IMG/VR virus record: IMGVR_UViG_3300045988_166613
Location: 64,001 to 128,000 of that record
Source: a virus
Reading direction: 5' to 3' (one strand)
DNA: 64,000 nucleotides
Part shown: positions 8,240-16,824 of the stretch, one piece after another
Position numbering within the stretch: position 1 is the first letter of the stretch
Layout: each line of letters opens with the position of its first letter
Position numbers and translations under genes: made by a program
The notes under the pieces: model-generated
Databases searched by the model: none
What the model was told of the DNA's origin: nothing
What the model saw: the letters and a program-made list of their open reading frames with translations, nothing else

Positions 8240-9273
8240 TGTGTCAATTGAGTATAGAAAATAGTAGGGAATATCGAATAAAAATATATGTTTGATAGGC
8301 TAAAAATAGAGTTGGTTTTAGTTGTGATTAAGTCGAATTCGTTCTAAGCTAGTATTCATGCGTGTTTGAAGGGTATTGAGTAGGGTAAAATAGTAAAAAT
8401 AGAGTAAAGTGAAATAGGCTCTAAGCATTGGTATCACTAGGTTTGTACGAAACGCAGTACGAATAAAGATAGGTAGTTTATGAATAAAATGTTAATAATA
8501 TGTAAATAGAATGTTAATAAATAAGGGTAGAATTTAAGATAAAATTTTTTTTAAAGTTGGTGTGGAAGTTGAAGTGTTAGCACCCATTTTCTTCCAGTAA
8601 AACCCCTAAATATTGTAAAAATACCCCCCACCTGGCACTCTATAACTACCATAAAATGGCTATTATTCTGCGTAAAATACAGTTTTTGCGAATAAAAATT
8701 GGTAAAAATTAGGAAAATAGATAAATAATTAAATTATGCTGCTCTTAAACTGGAATTATATATAAATGTAAAATATAGGAAAATGTGGTGATTGATATTG
8801 GAAGAAATTCCCTTTTAATATGAATGCTTTTGACTGAAATTGAAAATTCGTGCATAAGTTAAAGGGCGAAAATTAGGACTTTATAACAGCACACAACACT
8901 AAAAAACAGATGCAAACACCACACAACCAAAACCAATCTACACAACAACTCTAATCTATCCATACACAACCTAACACTTACCTTACTAACAATACACATT
9001 AACCATTCTAACCCTTTTATAACCCTACACAACTATACCAACCAAACAACATTGCAGCACTATATAATAATGTAAGAACTCTTATAATCTAACTATATAG
9101 AAAAAATCTAATATAATACTAACTAAACTATAAACCTTCTCATTATATATAAATATAAACACGATTAACTTAATACTTGCATTACTATTATAATATTATC
9201 TACACAACCAGGAACACATTACACTACTTAATCTATATCTAATATAAAAATACTTATAAATAATAATAAAAAA
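8240..9273. other. 1.03-kb ORF-free spacer with inverted strand composition (C-poor then G-poor)
   Basis: No ORF >=60 aa in any frame. 8241-8420 has ~10 C in 180 nt. 8913-9053 contains no G at all. Confidence 0.8.
8891..9208 (+). repeat. Six dispersed ACACAAC words inside the G-free tract
   Basis: 8891, 8921, 8940, 8964, 9027, 9202. Confidence 0.7.
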
Positions 9274-9325
9274 GTTAAAATAAATTAAATAATCACTTGA
9301 AATATATCTTATTCTATAGTATAAT
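9274..9325 (+). promoter_or_regulatory. Class I promoter (AT-rich box + -35 + -10)
   Basis: gttaaaataaattaaataatcac-TTGAAA(9297)-17 bp-TATAAT(9320). Confidence 0.7.
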
Positions 9326-9372
9326 AATAAATGTAGAGAAGATATAAAATACATATTAAAGGAGTGGTCAAG

Positions 9373-10422
9373 ATGACTAAATTAGAAAATATTAAATTAA
9401 ACGAAAGATATACAATAGTGGCAAGTGATAGCAGCATCTTAGGATCTACTATGTGTCAAGTTATTAAATGTACTATAAAAGATATCCAATTAGTACAATA
9501 CGCACAATATAACAACGCTTTACAAATAAGATACAGAGCTTACAGAGGAAGAAAAGACAATATCTTAACAGTATTAAACCATGAATCTATATGTATACTA
9601 AAAGGATTACACGATATAAATAAGAGTATAGAAACACAAATAGATGATATTACATATGATCTTAAAGCAAATGATCCAGCGAACTATTTTGATAATACTG
9701 ATACAGTTTTCTTTAAAGCTGACAATGAAAGTATAATGATAAATACTAATTATGATTTATTAACTGATCTTGTTTGTGATTATGTAACAGATAGAATAGC
9801 AGCTGGTGAATCTAAAGAGGAAATTAAAGACAATAATTATTATAGTTTCTTAAAAGATCTTTTAGTTAAAAATAACTTTTCTTTAAACAATGACTTATAT
9901 GATTATTTAAAGAATGAAGGATATGAAAATTTTGTAAAAGAATTAGATTCTTTAAGATTTAGTGTTATGAACTTAGAAACTGTTAAGGAAATAGTTACTG
10001 ATGAGAATGATAATATAAAACCTGAAGATTTACAAGATCCAGAGAGTCTATATAACTTTATTAAAAATACTTTCTTTGAAGCTTCTAAAAATATAAGAAC
10101 ACATGAAAGTCATAAAGTTTTAAACAAATTTATTAATACATACTTAAAAGAAATATATATTAATTGTATAAAAATAGAACAGTTGGGCTTGAGAGCATTT
10201 AGGTTTATATTTACAGAGTGTAAAACCCTAAAGGATTTTAAAAAGGTTATGAACTTGATAGGTAAAGAATACAACGATAACAAATGTATTATTTCTACTT
10301 ACACTAATATGTTAGACGATTTAAAAGTATTTGAAGAGGACGGAGATATGGAAGAAGTAGAAGAGATTAAACAACAATTACAAACGTGTATTAAACTTAC
10401 AGATAACTTAATACTATATTAA
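9373..10422 (+). CDS. Hypothetical acidic protein (349 aa)
   Basis: AAGGAG RBS then ATG 9373 (track start 9364 is GTG inside the RBS). Confidence 0.6.
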   Translation: MTKLENIKLNERYTIVASDSSILGSTMCQVIKCTIKDIQLVQYAQYNNALQIRYRAYRGRKDNILTVLNHESICILKGLHDINKSIETQIDDITYDLKANDPANYFDNTDTVFFKADNESIMINTNYDLLTDLVCDYVTDRIAAGESKEEIKDNNYYSFLKDLLVKNNFSLNNDLYDYLKNEGYENFVKELDSLRFSVMNLETVKEIVTDENDNIKPEDLQDPESLYNFIKNTFFEASKNIRTHESHKVLNKFINTYLKEIYINCIKIEQLGLRAFRFIFTECKTLKDFKKVMNLIGKEYNDNKCIISTYTNMLDDLKVFEEDGDMEEVEEIKQQLQTCIKLTDNLILY

Positions 10423-10426
10423 AAAT

Positions 10427-10478
10427 GTTTAAATAAATTAAATAAATGGTTGATTTATTAAACTGTTCATGTTATAAT
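10427..10478 (+). promoter_or_regulatory. Class I promoter
   Basis: gtttaaataaattaaataaatgg-TTGATT(10450)-17 bp-TATAAT(10473). Confidence 0.7.
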
Positions 10479-10488
10479 AATAAATGTA

Positions 10489-10531
10489 AGGAGGAGGTAT
10501 GAAAGATCATCCTCCTAAATACATAAATTAA
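10489..10531 (+). promoter_or_regulatory. Leader hairpin sequestering an SD, plus a 10-codon mini-ORF (MKDHPPKYIN)
   Basis: AGGAGGA (10489-10495) pairs with TCCTCCT (10510-10516), which are the Pro-Pro codons. ATG at 10499. Stop 10529-10531 overlaps the next RBS. Confidence 0.35.
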
Positions 10532-10543
10532 GGAGTGTTAGAA

Positions 10544-10699
10544 ATGTTAAAAGAGAATTTAATTGATGAAATTGTTGAGGAGTTATTAAAAATATTAGAG
10601 GAATATGATCCAATTGGAGATGCTATGGAAGAGGTTTTAAGAATCTTAAATGATCATTCTTTAAAAAATTATTGTTTAGCAACAGAAAACAATTTATAA
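10544..10699 (+). CDS. Hypothetical 51-aa acidic protein (below the ORF-track cutoff)
   Basis: AAGGAG RBS then ATG 10544; MLKENLIDEIVEELLKILEEYDPIGDAMEEV.. Confidence 0.5.
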   Translation: MLKENLIDEIVEELLKILEEYDPIGDAMEEVLRILNDHSLKNYCLATENNL

Positions 10700-10801
10700 A
10701 ATATAAAATATAATTTATATGACTTGCATGTTTTAGCATTTACTTTTAGTAATAAGTAAAGGGGATTAAAACCTTATAAATTATAAAGATATAATATCTA
10801 T

Positions 10802-10853
10802 GTTTAAATAAATTAAATAAATGATTGATTTATAGTTTAGAATCTGTTATAAT
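10802..10853 (+). promoter_or_regulatory. Class I promoter
   Basis: gtttaaataaattaaataaatga-TTGATT(10825)-17 bp-TATAAT(10848); 5' hairpin gaggg/ccctc at 10866-10880. Confidence 0.7.
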
Positions 10854-10905
10854 TAATATTGTCAAGAGGGGTTTACCCTCCAAATAATAAAAAGGAGTGT
10901 TGAAA

Positions 10906-11190
10906 ATGTTAAAAGAAAAGATCAGAGCGTGTTTACTAGATGACATAAAGGTAGAAGGTTTAAAATTTAAAAAGGAAGAAACTATAGAGAAGTTTGTTAA
11001 TTACATAATTGAAAATTACATTGAAGATAATGACGATCTTGATTGTGTAGGTTTATATGTAGAAGACTTTATGGAATGCGAATTTCAAGAGTACCATAAT
11101 TTTAATAAAGATGAATTTGAGGAAACTGAATTCTTTAATATGAGTGATTCTGAATTGCATTATTTAAATACCTTTAAAGCATATATTTAA
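10906..11190 (+). CDS. Hypothetical small, strongly acidic protein (94 aa)
   Basis: AAGGAG RBS, ATG 10906; D/E-rich (..IEDNDDLDCVGLYVEDFMECEFQEYHNFNKDEFEETEFF..). Confidence 0.6.
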   Translation: MLKEKIRACLLDDIKVEGLKFKKEETIEKFVNYIIENYIEDNDDLDCVGLYVEDFMECEFQEYHNFNKDEFEETEFFNMSDSELHYLNTFKAYI

Positions 11191-11191
11191 A

Positions 11192-11216
11192 GTTGATATA
11201 AATTAAATAATTAAAG
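11192..11216 (+). promoter_or_regulatory. AT-rich box, class II (no -35/-10)
   Basis: gttgatataaattaaataattaaag. Confidence 0.5.
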
Positions 11217-11269
11217 GGAATTAGGTTTAAACTTTAACCAGCAAGATACAACAAAGGAGATTATAAAAA

Positions 11270-11911
11270 ATGAATAAATTAAAATTAACAAGAAATATAT
11301 TAACAAGTGTTTTATTAATAGTAATAGGAATTATAATTGGTATGCTAATAAGCAACCATATGCAAAGCGTTAAAGCTAATACAAAGGATACAGTAGCAAT
11401 ACAACAAGAACAAAGTAATAACCAACCTGTAAGACTTACAAAGGTATTAACACAAAGTACAGAGGATGTTAAGCTAGATAAGAATGAAGTCTATAGAGAA
11501 CTTTCTGATAACTCATATAGCTTAGAAAACGATACTACAAAGGAATATACATTCCAACCAACTTGTATGGGAGATTGGGACATAACTGCAAACAGTAAAG
11601 AAGAATTAAACAATATGATATCAACTTACATAGAGAATACAAACAACTTAAATAAGATGGTTAAAAAGCCTTTAAGAATTACTAAAGTATTAACAGAATC
11701 AACTGACGAGGTAAGAATTTCTAAAGATGAAATATACACTGAATATTCTACTAATGCGTGGACTATAGAAGATAATAAGAATAATAAATATGAACTTAGT
11801 ATTCCAGAACTTGGCGATTATACTTATATTTTTAACAATAGAAAAGATTTTGATAATTGTCTACAGACTTATATAGACAATTATAATAATAGTGAAAACT
11901 TATCTATATAG
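11270..11911 (+). CDS. Membrane-anchored protein with an internal ~75-aa tandem duplication
   Basis: N-terminal TM (ILTSVLLIVIGIIIGMLI). PVRLTKVLTQSTEDVKLDKNEVY.. is repeated as PLRITKVLTESTDEVRISKDEIY.. Confidence 0.6.
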   Translation: MNKLKLTRNILTSVLLIVIGIIIGMLISNHMQSVKANTKDTVAIQQEQSNNQPVRLTKVLTQSTEDVKLDKNEVYRELSDNSYSLENDTTKEYTFQPTCMGDWDITANSKEELNNMISTYIENTNNLNKMVKKPLRITKVLTESTDEVRISKDEIYTEYSTNAWTIEDNKNNKYELSIPELGDYTYIFNNRKDFDNCLQTYIDNYNNSENLSI

Positions 11912-11961
11912 AATATAAATTATAAATTTACAATTTTAATTAAATAAGAGGAGTGCTTAAA

Positions 11962-13038
11962 ATGATTAAGTTAAAAAGTGATTTAGGATATTTAGAAGGG
12001 TTTACAAATTTACAAAGAGGGAGAATTGTAAAACAATTTGACAAAATAGTGAGATATAATAATGATCTTTACAATTACAAAGATTATATAGTTGTAAGAA
12101 TCTTAGAAGGATTTAACACTATTAAAATAAAAGAAAATTATACATATTATAAGAGGAATGGAGAAATAAGCAAACCTAAAACTTTATATTTATTAGAAAA
12201 TAGTAGTGAAAATAGTTATATAGAATTAAATAAAACTTTGTTTGACTTTGCAGCATGGCTAATAAACAATAATTTTACTACTAAAGAAAAAATAAATGAA
12301 ATTGATAATATAGCTTTTAAAAAACTTGAACAAATAAAAATAGATGAAGAAAGAAAAGAAGCTGAGGAAATAGCAAAGAAAAATGAATTTAAAAAGCTTG
12401 AAGAGAATTTTAAAAAAGAATTAGAACAAAAAGTTATAGACTATAATAACAAAGAAAAATTAGAATTAGCTAAAAATATACATATAAATGAATATGGAGA
12501 ATTTTATTTAAGAAGTGCAAAATTAATATTAGTATTAATAGAAAACTTTGATAAAAAATTATATAAAGATGAAATAAAGAATATGTTACATTTAGACAAT
12601 AAAGCAAGTAGAAAAATTTTTGAATGTGTAACTGGTTTAAAATTACCTAAGACTTTAAAGGGTACAAGAGAATTTTTAGAAAGTATTACAAGTAAAAACT
12701 TTAAAGGTATGAAAGAATTTAAAGCTAGAAATAACAATAAAGAGAGTGTTAAACTTGAAAAGTTTATTATAAGAAAAGGATTTGATGGTTCTAATTTAGA
12801 GGTAGTTGAAGGTGAGAAATTAGATTATTTAGGATTTACTTTTTATATTAATAAAGATAAGGATGATAAATATTCTATTACTGAGAAATTAACAGGGTTG
12901 CAAATTGTGGATGATACTAACAAAACAAGGTTATTGAAAAAATTAAAAGATAGAATAAATATTAATAATATAAATATGATTAAGAATTCTATTGAAGGAA
13001 TAGTAAACAATTATGGGGAATTACCAGAAGAAATATAG
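11962..13038 (+). CDS. Hypothetical protein (358 aa) with central K/E coiled-coil
   Basis: GAGGAG RBS, ATG 11962. Confidence 0.6.
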   Translation: MIKLKSDLGYLEGFTNLQRGRIVKQFDKIVRYNNDLYNYKDYIVVRILEGFNTIKIKENYTYYKRNGEISKPKTLYLLENSSENSYIELNKTLFDFAAWLINNNFTTKEKINEIDNIAFKKLEQIKIDEERKEAEEIAKKNEFKKLEENFKKELEQKVIDYNNKEKLELAKNIHINEYGEFYLRSAKLILVLIENFDKKLYKDEIKNMLHLDNKASRKIFECVTGLKLPKTLKGTREFLESITSKNFKGMKEFKARNNNKESVKLEKFIIRKGFDGSNLEVVEGEKLDYLGFTFYINKDKDDKYSITEKLTGLQIVDDTNKTRLLKKLKDRININNINMIKNSIEGIVNNYGELPEEI

Positions 13039-13054
13039 AGGAGAATCTGAAAAA

Positions 13055-13243
13055 ATGAAAATATATGATATGTATTTAGTTGACTTTAAAGAAACAGTTA
13101 AAAGCTGGATCGGTGAAAATGATTTTAGATTAATGGAACAAAAGTTAAAATTGAATGAAATTCTATTAAATGCAAATGGAGTTAAAGAATATAAAACAAA
13201 GGTATGGAACTATTTAGTAGAAAATAGATTTATAGCATTTTAA
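13055..13243 (+). CDS. Hypothetical 62-aa protein
   Basis: GAGGAG RBS then ATG 13055. Confidence 0.5.
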   Translation: MKIYDMYLVDFKETVKSWIGENDFRLMEQKLKLNEILLNANGVKEYKTKVWNYLVENRFIAF

Positions 13244-13267
13244 TTAAATAAGAGGAGGATCTGAAAA

Positions 13268-13453
13268 ATGTATAAAAACATTAAAACAGTTTTAGAGAAT
13301 AGTAACTATGTATTAGTAGAGTTAGAAGGGAATAAATGCCCTTATCAAATCAATTTTAACGTTCCTATAGAATCTAAGGATTGGTTTTGCGTTGGTGCAT
13401 GGGACAAGCTAGAAGATGCTAAAAGAGTATTTAAAGCTAAATATAATAATTAG
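13268..13453 (+). CDS. Hypothetical 61-aa protein
   Basis: GAGGAGG RBS. Confidence 0.5.
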   Translation: MYKNIKTVLENSNYVLVELEGNKCPYQINFNVPIESKDWFCVGAWDKLEDAKRVFKAKYNN

Positions 13454-13461
13454 TTTTAAAT

Positions 13462-13485
13462 GTTTAAATAAATTAAAGAATTAAT
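13462..13485 (+). promoter_or_regulatory. AT-rich box, class II
   Basis: gtttaaataaattaaagaattaat. Confidence 0.5.
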
Positions 13486-13508
13486 GTAAAAAGGAGATGT
13501 TTTTTATT

Positions 13509-13997
13509 ATGGGAAAATTAAATGAAAGTATGTTTAGTAGTAAAGATCAAACATGGGAGACACCAAAGGAATTATTTAACAAGTTAGATAATGTATTTAA
13601 TTTTAAACTTGATGTTTGTGCAGTACCAGAAACAGCAAAATGTGAGAAGTATTTTACACCTGAGACTAATGGGTTAGAACAAGATTGGAAAGGAATTTGC
13701 TGGATGAATCCACCGTATGGCAGAGAACAAGTTAAATGGATAACTAAAGCTAAAGATGAGGCAATAAAACATAATTCAACCATAGCATGTTTAATACCAG
13801 CAAGACCAGACACAAAGGTATGGCATGATGTTATTTTAAAAAATGCTAATCAGATATGTTTTATAAAAGGTCGTTTAAAGTTTGGTAATAGTAAAGATTC
13901 TGCACCTTTTCCAAGTGCATTGGTTATATTTGGAGATATAAATAATAAACAAAAAGAAATTTTAAATAGTTTGGGAATGACTTTTAAGGTTGCTTAA
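13509..13997 (+). CDS. Phage Dam-like DNA N6-adenine methyltransferase
   Basis: WETPKELF.., catalytic WMNPPYG, ..LIPARPDTKVWHD.., KGRLKF; ~160 aa, typical of small phage Dam-type enzymes. Confidence 0.75.
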   Translation: MGKLNESMFSSKDQTWETPKELFNKLDNVFNFKLDVCAVPETAKCEKYFTPETNGLEQDWKGICWMNPPYGREQVKWITKAKDEAIKHNSTIACLIPARPDTKVWHDVILKNANQICFIKGRLKFGNSKDSAPFPSALVIFGDINNKQKEILNSLGMTFKVA

Positions 13998-14017
13998 AAA
14001 TATATAATATACATATT

Positions 14018-14041
14018 GTTTAAATAAATTAAAGAATTAAT
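14018..14041 (+). promoter_or_regulatory. AT-rich box, class II
   Basis: gtttaaataaattaaagaattaat, followed by hairpin aggtgg/ccacct at 14057-14075. Confidence 0.5.
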
Positions 14042-14187
14042 CTATAATAAGCTTTTAGGTGGTATTTTGCCACCTTTTAGGCGTTTATATAAATATCAAG
14101 TGCAATAATATTAGGAGGTGATTACATTGCAGCAATAAACTTATAAGAGTAAATAAAGATATATTAGAAAGGAATGATTAAGTAATT

Positions 14188-15414
14188 ATGTGTAAAGTAA
14201 AAATAGTTGATAGTATTCCAGGATCAGGCAAAACAAGTGCAATAATTAATAAAATAAATGAAAGTAGTAAGGAGGATAAATATATATACATAACTCCGTT
14301 TTTAACTGAGGTTGAGAGAGTAAAGAAAAGTTGTAAAAATAAAAAATTTAAAGAACCTAAATTTAATAAATATGGTAATAAGTTTGATAACCTCAACAAG
14401 CTTATAGGAGAAGGAAAGAACGTTGTAAGCACACACAGTTTATTCCATAAGGCGAATATGGGAACAGTAGAGCTTATACAAAGCAAAGATTATATATTAG
14501 TATTAGATGAAGTCTTTAGTGTAGTTAAGCTGTTACAGGATGAAATTGGTGAAAATGTAAGTATGCAAGATATAGACATGTTAATAAGTGAGGGTTATGC
14601 ATATATAGAAAATGGCTTTTTATTATGGAATGAAGAAAAGGAGTATTCAGGTAAGTTTGAAAATATTCAGTATCTAGCTATGAATAGAAGTATATTAATA
14701 TATGGAGATAAAATTTTTATATGGACATTTCCAGTAGAAATATTTAAGGCTTTTAAAGAGGTTTATATTTTAACATACATGTTTGAAGCTCAAGAGCAAT
14801 GTTATTACTATAATATGCATAATGTTAAATATGAGTATTTATATGCAGCTAAAGAAAATGATATTTACATATTAAAAAATAAAGATAATACATATTCTGA
14901 AAGAGAAATAAAAGATAAATTAAAAAGATTGATAACTATTATTGATGATGAAAAAATAAATTTAATAGGTAGTAAAAATTTTGATCTTAGTCATGGGTGG
15001 TATAGAAATGAATGCAATAAAGAACTTATTAAACAATTAAAGAATAATGTAGTTAATTTCTTTATTAATAAGACTAAAAGTAAATCAAATGAATTGTTAT
15101 GGACAACTTATAAAGATCAAAAGGATAAACTAAAAGGGAAAGGATATACCAAAGGCTTTATATCAATTAACATAAGAGCTACAAACGATTATTCTGACAG
15201 ATTCAATTTAGCTTATTTAGTTAATATTTTTACTAAACCTATTATAAGCAATTTCTTTGTGTCTAAGGGTGTTACAGTAAATCAAGATTTATACGCTTTA
15301 AGTGAATTGATACAATGGATATGGAGAAGTAGAGTGAGAAAGGGTGAACCAATTAATTTATTTATACCTTCAAAAAGAATGAGAAATTTATTAATAGATT
15401 GGTTAAATAATTAG
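14188..15414 (+). CDS. P-loop NTPase, helicase-like
   Basis: Walker A PGSGKTS, DEVF (Walker B/DExx), C-terminal QWIWRSRVRKG resembling helicase motif VI. Confidence 0.45.
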   Translation: MCKVKIVDSIPGSGKTSAIINKINESSKEDKYIYITPFLTEVERVKKSCKNKKFKEPKFNKYGNKFDNLNKLIGEGKNVVSTHSLFHKANMGTVELIQSKDYILVLDEVFSVVKLLQDEIGENVSMQDIDMLISEGYAYIENGFLLWNEEKEYSGKFENIQYLAMNRSILIYGDKIFIWTFPVEIFKAFKEVYILTYMFEAQEQCYYYNMHNVKYEYLYAAKENDIYILKNKDNTYSEREIKDKLKRLITIIDDEKINLIGSKNFDLSHGWYRNECNKELIKQLKNNVVNFFINKTKSKSNELLWTTYKDQKDKLKGKGYTKGFISINIRATNDYSDRFNLAYLVNIFTKPIISNFFVSKGVTVNQDLYALSELIQWIWRSRVRKGEPINLFIPSKRMRNLLIDWLNN

Positions 15415-15858
15415 TTTATAACCTATTTTTTTAAAAAAGTTATAATAAATTAAATATACATAAAGAATATAGGGTATTTCTATTTCTATACTCAAAAAAT
15501 AATTAAACAAAAAAGATGTTAAAAGTTATAAAATTTAAAAAGAATGGCTCTATTACTAGGGTTCAGAGGTTGTCCCTTAAAGAAAAGATATAAATAAGTA
15601 ATATATAATATATGTAGAATATAAAAGCTTAACAGCGTATTTTCCTTCGGAACGCTTACGCTAAATACTTGTTTTCTTCACAACTAACGTTGTTCAGAAT
15701 TATTTGATTAAATCTGATATTTTATAGGCTTATTATACTTCTATATACTCTTAAAAGCCTTCAGAATCAATTCTAAGCGTTTTATATATATTATAGTATA
15801 TTTACATCTTTATAAATTAAATAGTCTTATAATCGCAAATTAAAGAATCATAAAAATT

Positions 15859-15910
15859 ATTGAAATAAATTAAATAAACACTTGAAATTCATGCTATAAT
15901 AGAGTAATAT
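15859..15910 (+). promoter_or_regulatory. Class I promoter (first of a tandem pair)
   Basis: attgaaataaattaaataaacac-TTGAAA(15882)-17 bp-TAATAT(15905). Confidence 0.55.
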
Positions 15911-15971
15911 AATAAGTGTAGAGGGGATACACCTTCTAAAGATCTTAAATCTTAATTATAAATCAAAAAAA

Positions 15972-16023
15972 CTCAAAATAAATCAAAGAATTGGTTGACA
16001 TTTAGGGATCAAAGGTTTATAAT
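15972..16023 (+). promoter_or_regulatory. Class I promoter (variant box with C)
   Basis: ctcaaaataaatcaaagaattgg-TTGACA(15995)-17 bp-TATAAT(16018). Confidence 0.7.
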
Positions 16024-16070
16024 TAAGATAGTGAAAGAGATAAAAATACATATAAAGGAGATTGATAGTT

Positions 16071-16292
16071 ATGAGTAAATTAGTAGGAAAAAGATGGGGA
16101 GAACTTAGCGAAGAAAAGAGAGATGATCTTTTAACATTTGCAAATTGTGTCGATGGAGAAACTGGAGATCAAGCAAGAGAAGGAGAATGTATAGTGGATC
16201 TAACTGATACACTTTCAATAGCTGGTTTTCTTACAGATGAGGGCGACATTGTGATAGATAATGAGGCTGTTATATATAGTCCAATAGCTTAA
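16071..16292 (+). CDS. Hypothetical 73-aa acidic protein
   Basis: AAGGAG RBS, ATG 16071. Confidence 0.55.
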   Translation: MSKLVGKRWGELSEEKRDDLLTFANCVDGETGDQAREGECIVDLTDTLSIAGFLTDEGDIVIDNEAVIYSPIA

Positions 16293-16341
16293 TAGTAAAA
16301 AGGTTCTAGGAAGTTAATCCTTAAAGCTTCCTTCCATAAAA

Positions 16342-16393
16342 GTTAAAATAAATTAAATAATTATTTGATTTATCATCTTACATATGTTATAAT
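16342..16393 (+). promoter_or_regulatory. Class I promoter
   Basis: gttaaaataaattaaataattat-TTGATT(16365)-17 bp-TATAAT(16388). Confidence 0.7.
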
Positions 16394-16446
16394 AAAGACA
16401 TAAAAAAGAGATAAATAAAATTTATAATAAAAGGAGTTTGATTGAT

Positions 16447-16602
16447 ATGAAAAATTACAAAGTAATCTACAGAGAAAAAGGAAATAAAGAAGGTCAATTA
16501 TATGAAACTATGACTTCAGCAGATAACTTAAAAGAAGCTAGAGTATATAGTAAACTTGATCTAATAGATTATACAATCGTTAGTATAAAATTAGATAGAT
16601 AA
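16447..16602 (+). CDS. Hypothetical 51-aa protein (below the ORF-track cutoff)
   Basis: AAGGAG RBS; MKNYKVIYREKGNKEGQLYETMTSADNLKEARVYS..; hairpin ggttgg/ccaacc follows. Confidence 0.5.
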   Translation: MKNYKVIYREKGNKEGQLYETMTSADNLKEARVYSKLDLIDYTIVSIKLDR

Positions 16603-16755
16603 AATGGTTGGGTGATCCAACCGCCTTAATGCAGCCTAACAAGAGTTAGAGAGTTACAAGCCTCTATAAATGCAGAGTAGGGCAATACATATCTAAGAGT
16701 TAAAATCTTAACTCTATAAAAGCTTTAGTCTTTAAGTTTCCTACTTATAAAGCTT

Positions 16756-16779
16756 GTTAAAATAAATTAAATAATTAAT
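16756..16779 (+). promoter_or_regulatory. AT-rich box, class II
   Basis: gttaaaataaattaaataattaat. Confidence 0.5.
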
Positions 16780-16824
16780 GGATTATAAAATAAGTAATTT
16801 AATTGGATATTGGAGGAATAGAAA

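Noticed and set aside
8560-8660. tRNA-like or other structured RNA gene in the spacer (tggaag...cttcca stem, C-runs)
   Set aside because: No cloverleaf arms or T-loop GTTCRANYC motif could be built. Only a 6-bp stem with a 24-nt loop is present.
8311-8941. Possible long-range inverted repeat: gagttggttttagttgtgatt (8311-8331) versus accacacaaccaaaaccaatc (8918-8938)
   Set aside because: Only ~16 of 18 pairs with a bulge. Complementary base-composition skew of the two halves (GT-rich versus AC-rich) makes such matches likely by chance. Mentioned only as part of the spacer finding.
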